Shown one piece after another: positions 12,928 to 24,154 of a stretch of DNA of 64,000 nucleotides. The notes below the pieces were generated by a model that did no database searches, was not told the DNA's origin, and saw only the letters and a list, made by a program, of their open reading frames with translations. Each line of letters begins with the position of its first letter. Positions within the stretch are counted from its first letter, which is position 1. The position numbers and the translations under genes are program-made. This stretch comes from Zygnema circumcarinatum SAG 698-1b (taxonomy: Eukaryota > Plantae > Zygnematophyceae): positions 2,418,001 through 2,482,000 of the forward strand of contig CM074808.1 in NCBI GenBank assembly GCA_037447605.1. The letters are read 5' to 3'.

Positions 12928-15674
12928 CTACAGACCTGAATGCGGGGAATCAAGTGAATACTCTCCCCTGAAGCCGGGGGTGCCCGGGACTCTGTAGTGC
13001 ACCTGTTCACCAAACTCGTAGTCCTCCACCTGGCACGCCCTCCATGCCCCCTCCCACACTCACACTTTGCATAGGTGTTTTGCACGCAGAACACAATCAA
13101 CACTACCTTCACACACAAGCCTTTGGCACCCCCTATAGTTCTTCATCGGTTGCATGAAGGAAGAAAAGCTGTTGGGAGAGCAATCCCACAGCAACGAGAG
13201 TTACCAATCATTTCAGACTCGAGAATAGCCAGTCGTGTATGAATCTAGCATTCATTTTCTTCTTCCTCGTCAAAGAGAGTGCGTTCATTTGAAAAGTGCA
13301 TACCTGAACTGTAACATGCGTCAGACCAGCCGCGTGGAAAAGCTCGAGGACTTTGCAGCGGATACTCTGCTTGTCTGCTGCTGCCTCCGCTAAAACGTGC
13401 AGACTGCCCACGAGCATCTTGGGGGTGAAGCTCCAAAAGTGGGCCTGCTGCTGGCCACGCACCCCCTCAAGCTGCTCCACCTGCCCCGCCAAAGGAAGTG
13501 CGTAACAGGTATTAGACCATACGATGCACGTGCCAAGTACATTGGATAATCTAGTATGCACATCGGATACATATCTACAGTATGAAGGTACTCGGGACTC
13601 GGGCCGATTCAGGCAGTACTAGACAGTGTCAAACCTGGACATATATATTTGTAACGCAGATCAACACACCATTACAAATATGGAGAACATGATTAGACAG
13701 ACTCGACAAAGTGTGATCACGCGATACTGGCAGCAGAAGGCACTGGCCCCTTCACATGGTCTTTTGCCCAAACCAGCCTCCACGATGCAATAACAAGGCA
13801 AATTAAAAAAGGTAAAAGTTGGAGTGAAAAGGCTTTAGGGAAGAAGACAAGCTAGCTCAGTGATTCTTTCCGGGAGACACCTGCTTCAGGATTTCATCCA
13901 CTGCCCCTTCTGCAGCTCGAGGTATTCGCTGCAAAATCACCTGCAGGCATTCCCTCGTAATAAAATGAGCATTGCTTCCAGGTTTGCTTTGCTTGCTTGC
14001 TCCCCAATGAAAGACACTCCACAGAGTAGGTGTTAGTTAAACAATGGTACAGAAACTACCCATAGTCAGCGCATAACCGACATTAGTTGTAGACCAGGCT
14101 CAGTTATGGAACTTAACCAGAACTAACTGCGATAATTGCGACAACTATGGCGTATTCCTTATTGTACCATCTCATCAAGCCTCGCACTTATACCGACTGG
14201 CAAAGCAGAGAACCGCACCGCTTCAGTAGCCATTCCAAATTAGCACTACTGCCTTTGCCAGCTGCAGGACCCACCTCCGCTGAATTTCGCAGGAGAGGGA
14301 TGACTGTCGAGATGATGAGGAGGGAGATAAAGATGGAGCATGCCTGCAAAATGGCAATCGAAGAGAAGGCTTCACTAGACTTGCCTGTTTTGCGTGCCAG
14401 ACATTATTTAGTTGCTGGGGAAAGTATGTCGCGCCCTCTTTTAGCCGGTTTTAATGAGCTTCTCATCAACACGGCTTTGTTGCCTTCTGAGTGTGATAAA
14501 GAGGCACGAAACGGTGACAACAAGGTACTCAGCTAAATGGAATCCTTTTCTCTCAGTTCAGTACGAGCGAATCTTCTATTGCTTACTACAACTTACCGGG
14601 TCGGTTAGCATCCATCCCTTGTACTTGATGAGCAGTGTCGAAATGACCACTCCCACACTTCCAAGTGTGTCTGCCAGCACATGCAGAAATATGCCTGCAT
14701 CCGAAAAATCCAGCCCAAAGCAGACAGGTCATGATCTCCAGCAGTCGTGTATCACCACAGAATATGGAGGTTCCTATCTAGTCAGCCTTAGACGATTGCA
14801 AATGAGTGAAATGGAATGAAGGCGAGTCACTGCTTTTCAGCGACCAATGGAGATTTATAGCCAAACCTTAAATACGAGGAGTCATACAGCTATATTGAAA
14901 GCTAGAGCATTCCTGAGTTTTCCCTTCGCATTGATAATCTACGGTTGTTCCATTCAGTAAATCAAATAATTAACATACATAGAGAGGGACAGTGAAAGAG
15001 ATAGCATCAAGAATCAAGCGTTCCAGAATGTCCCTGAATCAATCGATGCTGACTTGTAGCAATATCAACATCTTCTAATCCCAGCCCTGGGAAAGGAAGT
15101 TCGCACCATGCATATTATGGTCCATATGAGCGTTTCCTGAGGTCAATGTTTCCTGCAGTTGCGAGTGCCCTGTGCACTGCACCACAAGCTCCTCCCGGTG
15201 AGCCGGCTCCTTCGATCCGTGTCCATGATTGTGCTCTGTCTTGGAATGTAGCCTTGCTTTCTCCTGCCCCCCCATGGCATTTCCAGGAGCAAAATGCTCG
15301 TGGGTTTCCTTGCCATTCCCAGAACCATCGCTTCTTCCAGTTTCCTCCATGCTAGCAAGATGTGCTTCGTCCCATCGACTATGCACACGTTTGACAGTCA
15401 TCGTCATCTCATCTTCATGCCCATGGAAGTCAAACTTTTGTCCATGCTCCTCCCCAGGGTCATGACATTCCTCCATGCGATGCCCATGTCCGTCATTATG
15501 GTCATCGTGGTCACAATGGTCGTGATTGTGATCATGCTGCCAGTCGGGATTGTCACAGTGGTCATGTAAATGATCATGATTGTCATGACGATGACCACGA
15601 CTATGTTTATGGTCATGGTCGCACTCATGGTTATGCTCGTCGTTATGCCCATGGCCATTGTGATGATCATGATT

Positions 15675-15716
<42 letters not shown>

Positions 15717-18700
15717 ATGGTCGTGGTCATGGTCATGGCCATGGTCGTGGTTATGGTCGTGGTCATGGTCATGTGCATGGTCGTGGCCATGATCGTGGCC
15801 ATGGTTATGATCAATGTGGTCATGATTGTGGTCGTGGTCATGGTCGTGGTCATGATCGTGGTCATGATTGTGGTCATGATCGTGGCCATGGTCATGGCCA
15901 TGGCCATGGTCGTGGTCATGGTCATGGTCCTTGTGGTCGTGCCCGTGGCCATCGCCCTCCTCGTGCTGCTTCAGCAGTTCGGCGTACCCTCCGGGTAGGG
16001 CCACAGCCTTGGCCTTGGCGTGGCTATGGCTGTGGGTGTGCCCGTGCGAGCACGTCCCCCCGTGCGCGTGTTGGTGCGCCTCGTGGAAGAAGAGGAGGCC
16101 GACCATGTTCACCAGCAGGCCGCCGACAGAGACCATCAGCAGGTGGCTCGTGGATATTTCGGGTGGTTCAAGAATTCTGCCAAACACCGCCAGCCCCGAA
16201 AGCGAAAACGATGAGAAAAAAAAAAAAAAAGTGAAAGCGAAAGCGATGAGCTGTAGCGCCCTCGACCCCCCCAAGCCTTCATTCAAGATATCTTCCAGCT
16301 GTCATCCTGCTCAAGTGCTTCAACTTTTCACAGTAGCTCACCATCGTAACTACAGAAGAAGCAGCATGGGGAGAGGTAGCTCCAGCAAACCAGTTTTATA
16401 CCATTGATCTAACGTTATCGCACTACTTGTGAAAAAATCACTGGACAATACACTTCTGGAGCATAACGCAATGCTGTAATGCGGCTATTTTATGCCACAC
16501 ACAAGAACGTAAATACTTCTGCCAATGGCCAATGCAGTCCAACAGCAGCAACGCCCACTTCCATAGGCTCACCTCTCTATGCTCTCCACCACAATGAGGG
16601 CCGCCACAAGCACCAAAAAGACAGCATTCACGTAACCAGACAACACTTCAAACCGCCCATATCTGCACATGGCCGGCAAGGTACAAGGTAACCGGTGACG
16701 GGTTAATACAATCATTTTAGAACAGAGAAGCCGTTTTAGAGCGATATTGCTCCTCCATCCATCCCCCTTCAATCCCTCCCTCTCCCTCCAAATCTTCCCC
16801 AAACCATCCCACTCCCATTCCTCGTTTCCCCATTCACTCTTCTTCACAACATTCCTATCCTTTTACAATATCGCCCGTGCCTCTCTCCCTCACCTCTCCT
16901 CCCTCTTCCTTCCTTCCCTCCCTCTCCCTCCGTTCTACACCTTCAGCTTTCCCTTTTGACACTGTAAGGAGCTTCAACCATGATTGATACAAAACTCGCG
17001 AAAGCAAAGCTCCATTGTAAGTTGCAATCAAAATCTCTACCAAGCCCTCCCATTTCCATATCTAGGGTTCAGGGTGCAGGGTGTAGGGTGCAGGGTCCAG
17101 GGTTCAAGAATTGGGGTTTAGGATCTAGGGTTTAGGATTCAGGGAGGGGTGGATGTCGGGTTGAAGGTTCAGGGTACAGGGTTCAGGGTTTAAGGTTTAG
17201 GGCACAGGGTTTAGGCTTTAGAATACAAGGTTTCGGGTGCAAGGTTTAGGAATTAGGGTCTAGGATTCAGGGTTTACGATTCAGGATTCAGGGCTTAGGG
17301 TTCAGGGTTTGCGGTCGAAGGTTGAGGGTTCAAGATTTAGATTTCGGGTACAGGGTTCAGGGTTCAGATTCAGGATTCAGGGTTCATACTTTCAGGTTTA
17401 GGGTTTACGGTTTAAGGTTTAGGTACAGAGACTAGGGTTCAGAGATTGGGGTTTGGGGTTCAGAGTAGGGTTTAAGGTTCGGGGTTTTTAACGTAAGGGG
17501 CATGTATCAAGGAATGGGTTTCGGGGTTTTAGGGTTTAGGATTTAGGGCTAAGGGTTTAGGGTTCGGGAAAGGGTTTCGGGTTAAGGTTCATTGGATTAA
17601 GAGTTTAGGGGCTAGGGTTCAGGGTTTTGCGGTTTACGGTTTAGGTTTAGGATTCAGCATTTAGGGTTCGGGGTTCAGAGTTCGGTGTTTAGGGTTCAGG
17701 GTTCAGTGTTTGGAGTTGAAGGCCAAGGTTTAGAGTTTTGGTTTGGTTTAGGGTTAGGATTCGGGGTTCTGGGTTAGAGTTTCGAGTTAGGGTTTCAGGT
17801 TTAGGGCTTAAGGTTCAGGGGTCGAGGTTTAGGATTCAGGGTTCATGTCTGACAGAAACCCACCCATACGCGTATTTTGAGGGAGAATCCATCCGCGATA
17901 TGTAGGAGGCGTAGAGGCCGATCGCCAGCGCAGCGCAGTCGAACAGCATGTGGCAGGCGTCGGATATGAGCCCCAGACTGCCAGGCAGGGACAAATGGCG
18001 AAATGATAAGAAGCAGCCATAGCCATAGCCATAGCCATAACAGGCCTAGGCTTTGCCAAAGGATGTGGCGCACGAGGAGGCGGACTGCTACGGCTCCGAT
18101 GCGGACCGGGACGGAGACACAGTTCGGGATGAGGGAGGGGAGGAGAGGTGAGGAAAGGAGAGGTCGGGGAGCCGCAAGAGGCGGGAGAGCAATGCCAAGA
18201 AAGAAATAGACCCACTGCGCTGCACATTTCCCCTGCAATCCCCTCGTCGTACCTGTTGCTGAGAAAGCCGTAGACGAATTCCACCACCATGAAAGCAGTA
18301 TTAATCAAGAGGAAAACTGCATCCACCAAACCTCCGTGTGGACAAAAACCACGAGTCAGTTTAGTCAGGTACACTCAGCTATCACAGCCACCTCAAGACT
18401 GCAAGCCCAGCAAGAGTGCAAAGCGATCAGAACTTCACATAGGATTGGTGTTGCACTAGACTCCATTATGCAAAGAGCATGTTCTCGGTGGTCCCGTTCA
18501 GTGAAACTGACCCCCACTTGACTAGACGCGCTTAGTCACCCTGGACACCTCGCCTAAAGGGCCATGCCTCGCCTGCCGACTTTCACTTTAGCTCTCTCTC
18601 TCTCTCTCACTCTCTCTCTCTCTCGCACTCTCTCTCTCTCTCTCTCCGTTTTGAGGCCCGAAGACCTACGCGCAATGCGCGAAGACTTGGAGTCGGTCAA

Positions 18701-21700
18701 GACGTGCTCCAAAGGCCCCTGCCCACACGCCCCCCTGTGCGATATAAGAGCCTTTTGAACCCTGAGATTTCTAGAGGCATGGCCCCTGCTTATACTGCGA
18801 ACCTCCCACTTCATACATACTCACCAACCCGACTCAGTGTGGGAATACTCTGAAGTGGGTGGCTCTAGCGTGTTGTCTCCCCAGTCTAAGTTTTGGACCC
18901 ATACAAAACCCGGTGGCGGCCGGCAGAAAGCTCACAGGCAGCCGCGCAGCGATGCCCAACGATCGGCGTTCCTTGCCATTCATGTCGCTCAGCTCCTCCG
19001 TCTTCTTCTTTTCTGCCGATGTTGAGAAGTAAAGACCTGCAGCATGGCAGCCTAAGTTAAGTGCGATGTCCAGAAACAGGGCAAGCACGACTCACAAGAA
19101 ACTGGCAGGTCTGCGGCTTGTAAGAAACAGCATGGTGTAGGAGGAGATGCTACAGCTTCTATTAAGCACTTAACTTAGCATTTGAACGACCTTATAGCTA
19201 CAACAGTTTAAGAGATGCAATGATAGTACACATCACCTATCCCCTATTTGAAGGTAGAAAGAAGCGGACAAGATCTGACCTGTTCCCAGAAGGGTGGAGA
19301 CCATCAGAAAGCCGACAGGCGAGAAGTCCATCTTGTAGAAGAGCTCCAACACAGTGATAGAAGCCACCGTCACGCCTAGATGCTTCAAGGATGCAGGGGA
19401 AATGCGGAGCCTGAAATAAACAACAACAAAGCAAAGTCTATCTATGAATCGAAACAACGTTAAAGGCATCAAGAGTCATTAAAGGTTACTGAAGCTTTTA
19501 TCACCTATGTCCCTAGGTTCCCTTATATTGGCAAGAGAAATATATTGTCATTGGATTTGGCATCATGTAGTATGTGAGACAGCACGATTGTTCTGCATGG
19601 GAGTTTGAAAGATCACGCTTTTCTCTCAGATCTCTGGAAACAACTGGACAACAACTCCCGTGCTTTAATTCAGTTACAGTCTGTGTCCATGCGTAGATGC
19701 GAATTCTGAGATAATCCTGGGCCAGTTTGGTCTGTAAATTGGAAAATTCGTCGCAACTAGCCCAAGTCTCTGAATTCACTATAAAGTAGCCCAAACACCA
19801 ATCCATCTCTATTTCCACTCCACTTAGACAGAGTTCTGCATAACAATGGTCGCGGTCAGCTGCAAATTGGCAACTTCGTCCAGTACAAATGCAGCATGAA
19901 AAGTGAATCGACACACACTTGATCAAAAACTTGAAAGTACTTGTTCCCATCGTCCCAAGCTGATGGATCTGCCGAAAGTATGCAGGTGACTTCCTAACTG
20001 CTTACTAAAGTAAATTCGCAACTTAGGTCCCAAAAGTTCAAATCTCGAACACACGTTCTGGGTTCACAAGAGGAACACGCGCCGGTGACACTCGGTCTTC
20101 TCGAACGTGGGTGCAAAGAAATAGCAAAGCACTTGGCCGACAATCAAAGTAATAACCAGGAATGAACCGAAAAGCTCTGGCTATACTCAAAAAACAAGAA
20201 TGTTGTAACTAGCACCAGAAAGACTTACTTGTCTTCCGCGAACGTTTCCACATAGAACGATAATACGAGACCAAAGATGATGAACACAAGGTAAACACGC
20301 AGTGCTGATCCACTGTAATCTGCAGAGATCTCCGTGGACCCCTGCTACCATCCAGCACACGCTCAATGCAGCATTACATGAGGACCAATTGAAGGCGCGA
20401 AAAGGAGAGGGGGGGCGGGGAGGCGGGGGGAGGGGGGAGGGGGCGAAGAATAATAAGTCAATGAATGAAACGAATTCCGAAATAGAAACGCTCAAGCTCA
20501 AGCTCATCAGGTATCTACTCGAACATGCTGAAAAGTGCCTAATACAACTTTAAGAACATCAAGCTTTTACTGTGAGGTAGAGTGCATCGTCATGGAACTA
20601 TGCCCTTCCATGCATGCCATACGAAACCACACACAGCCGCACTTCGGGTCGCGAACAGAGCACTCACCGAAAGCAGCTGCGTGATGGCAAACGGGGCGAG
20701 CATGCATGTGGCTGACGCAACTGTCACAGCATGGAGCCGCTTCTTTGCTGCAGCCTGCATGCACATGGCAGAACGTGCAGAACAGAGTTAGAAAAACTCA
20801 CTGACTGGAATAAGAGTGATACGCCAAGCATGTATTCAACCTACTGCCAAGCTAGAATATAATTATGAACGAAACAAGTCTGCTAGCGGCGCAAGCTCCA
20901 TGAAAAGGCATGATGGAGGGTCATAAAGAATCACTGGTTGACCATTAGCTCTATTTTTTTACCATCGAAGTCATTGGCCTACGGTAACAGCCACATAAGT
21001 GAACGAGCACCTTTGTTTCCTAGTCCAGAATATGTACAGATATTTTCCCATGTGCGTGAAAAGACAGAAGACCGGAAAACCGGATAAACCGGGAGCTAAA
21101 AAAAGTAGAGAGCAGGGTCATAACAACACCCAACTCCGCCAATGGGCCTGAACTGAAAATCATGGTTTATTGAGATGGCCAGACATTCATACAAAGCCTA
21201 TTCTTTAAGTGTAACTTGACTATGCATTCTGATGCCAAAACAACCAGAGCTAAGCATCGCACTTATTGACCCCAACAGAAGTCGAAATCACAATCGAGCA
21301 GCAAGCCTCCAATGCACTGTGGACTGACTCTTTCTGAAGCAAAAGTGAGGATGCGAAACACGAAAATAGCTTACCCTTCCCAATGTTCTTGCCAGAAGCC
21401 GCCTTAGGGCAGACAATAATCCTGCAGTGATAGGAAAAATCATCGCTACGAAGCCCACATTCTCCGTCTCCTCTGGTTGGGAATTTCCATCGTCGCCATT
21501 TGCTCCTCGTGCAAGCGAGTCAAGGAAGATGCTAGATGTGTGCTATGCATGAAGGGCGGCTTTTATTGCAATCATCCAGAAGGGCATGGCAGCATATTAG
21601 CCAAGGGCAGAAACCTGCCAGTGTTTGGGATGCAGCAAGGGGACCCCCATGAAATGGGAAAAGGATATGATGACGATAGAAAAGGGACCCCATGGCCCAA

Positions 21701-23050
21701 CCATGCGATAGAAGGTAGAACGCCGCGAGCAGAAAGAGTATTCCGTAAAGCTGCATTTCATACGCAGCCTTACCATTTTGGTAAACTGGGGAAAATGGGC
21801 CAGACAACAGAAATAGGAAGGAAAGCAGAGCTACGCCAAAAAGTCTGAACACTAAAAGTCAACCGCCAATGAAAGTCCTTTCGATGAGCAATGTCAAGTT
21901 CGTTGGTACTTCTTCAGTAGTTACACTCATGCCAATAGATATCAGCTTCCATGACGCATCATGGACATCGTCATCTTGGAAAGATCTGCCTCTTCTGCAA
22001 GTAGAGGTCATTAGCTGGAAACCTACCTTCGAGGCACGATGACCCCTTCGACCAAAAAGTAAAGTGGAGACGGCAGCGACAATAGCACCAGCATATTCTG
22101 CCATAATTGTCCTGCAAAAATCCGGCAAAGACAAAAGGAATGTGTTGAGACAAACGAGGTCCATCGTTTAATTTCGTCGTTTGGTGCATTTCCAGTTCAA
22201 TATCATCAACGACGTAATAGGACTTGGGTTCAGGCACATACCTGATTGGCCCTACAGATCGAAGGCCAAATCCCCATAACACTAGAGAGAGTGCCATTAT
22301 ACTTCCATTGAAGATGGCTGACATCCACTGCAACGGTCACCCGACACATAACGATACATGAAATTCATAAGAAAAGTTGAAGATATACAGAAGCAGCTTT
22401 TCACACATGAACCGGCTCTTGGACAGGGAAACAAAGAGGCATCCGGCAAAGGTTTGATCGTTGAAACGCCTTGTGATATCAAGACGGTGAATGTGGGAAT
22501 GGGTAGCCAAATAGAGCACTTTCATTCACTCAGCTTCGAAAGAGCGAACGCTGGCTCAAGCAAGGTGACCGCCTTACCTGATACCTGGGAAGACTTCGGC
22601 CAATCCATGGCCGTTGTATGGAAATAAAAATGGCCGAAGCGCCAAGTAAACTATAGAATACGAAAAGGACGATGGGGATGTTGGAATGCAGGAGGTACCG
22701 ACAAGCTCCATAAACTGACACGATCCTTAGGAATCTCCCAATCACATGAAATGCGTGCTGAGCGAGAGCGGGATGTGATTGTAAATTTCGCCTGCCCGAC
22801 ACAGCACCACATTTTTGCGCCGAAAACAAAGCATTGACTGGTTATTCAACGCACAGGATACAATTTCGAAAGCGTCTGATATCATGTGCTGCTGTTGGCA
22901 CAGCTTCACGTAAGCAGCGCAGCCAAGGATGGATGAGGGGGCACACGAGAGCCAGGAAACATGACGACGGGCAGACCTGGAAGTGGAGGGCCCGAGGCCG
23001 TATTTGTTCAGCCGCGCGAGGCCCTTCTCAGAACCAGACTGCAGCAGCAT
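12928..23050 (-). CDS. MTP12: Metal tolerance protein 12 (Zn-CDF, ZnT5-like with N-terminal membrane domain), about 20 exons
   Basis: Spliced motifs: GLRSVGPIRTIMAEY, KRLHAVTVASATC, IALFLLINTAFMVVEF, SLGLISDACHMLFDCAALAIGLYASYISR, GRFEVLSGYVNAVFLVL, His-rich loop, [44 protein letters not shown]. The last exon (13029-12928) is inferred with less certainty. Confidence 0.95.
15440..15945 (-). repeat. Coding hexanucleotide repeats (GACCAC/GATCAC/AATCAC variants) encoding the (HD/HN/HG)n loop of MTP12
   Basis: Plus strand shows (GTCGTG)n and (GTCATG)n runs. The translation is HDHDHDHD... within exon 16177-15107. Confidence 0.95.
17063..17845 (+). repeat. Degenerate interstitial telomere-like tract (TTTAGGG/TTCAGGG/TTTCGGG variants) in an MTP12 intron
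   Basis: About 780 bp of 6-7-nt units such as ggtttag, gggttca and ggattca, G-rich on +. It lies between the exons at 17979-17865 and 16666-16570. Confidence 0.9.
18592..18646 (+). repeat. (CT)n microsatellite in an MTP12 intron
   Basis: Interrupted ctctctct... run, directly visible. Confidence 0.9.
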
Positions 23051-24154
23051 GGCGGAGAGCGCAAGGCCCGGCAGGCGCAGCGAGGGGACCTCGCCGTGCA
23101 GAGGCTGCGAGGCGACAGCGGCAGCGGGAGGAGGGCAGGCCGACCGATCCTCCGCCTCCGCTTACGCCTCCGCTTCCGCGAGGAGCCAAGCGGTGCAGGC
23201 GGGCGAGCAGAGAGCCGAGAGCACACAGCAGGGCGGCTGACAGGCAGGGCCTTCTTCTGCAGGGCACTGTACCAGCGCTCTTGCTCCCTCACGCGCTCGT
23301 CTATCGCCAGAGCGGGCAGGAACCACGAGCGGCGGATCGCCACCGACAGGAAGGGAGGGAGGGAGGGACCTTTCGAGCACAACACAACTAATCTAACTAG
23401 AGAGGAGGCGGCGTGGCGTGACGTGGCCCTCTCGCTCTCTCTCTCTCTCGATGGCGGAGGGAGGCGAAAGGAGCTTGGGCCAGCGAGGGAGCCGCCCATG
23501 CTCGCGGGCTCCGTGAGGCGGGGGGCAAGCCTCATGCAGAGAGCCACGCCCTCTGCACGCGCATTCGTGCGTTCGATGAGGTGTGCGCAAGCTGTGGTCG
23601 CGTGAGCCGGCTGCGTGTGAGTAAATATCCAAGGTCGGGGTGCAACCGACCGGACCACAAAATGTATGTATGCATGCATGCATGTGCACCACAGCAGTTT
23701 CAGGTGAGAGCAGGTCACTACCTCGGGGCTGCGTGTCTGCACTGTGGGGTGTATCTGGCTGTGTCTGCGCCATTCTGTGATGCAGCTTTATGCCTTGATG
23801 ACTCTGTAATTGTTGATATCATGCTTTGGAAGAGTACACGTCACTTGGAGATCATGAAATTACTAGACAAGAATAACGAACAGGAATAACCTCAGGCTCA
23901 GGCACTGATTCATACCTCCTGTAATGTGGAGAGACAGCAGCCTTCTAGAGATATAAATCTAACAGTATACTAAGCGCCAAGCATTTTACGGTTAACTGTG
24001 ATGATATACATTTACATGGGCCAGGGATCGAAATCCCTCGCTGGACGTTGGAAATTAAGAACAATAAGACTAGCTACTACCATTACCCTCAACTTTCCCA
24101 TAAGAAAGAATCCCCTTAGTTTGTAAGCATGTCGCTGCCGCCACCTTGAGACGG

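Noticed and set aside
15404-15998. Met/Thr-rich and Met/Val-rich ORFs
   Set aside because: They are alternative frames and the antisense strand of the MTP12 His-repeat exon.
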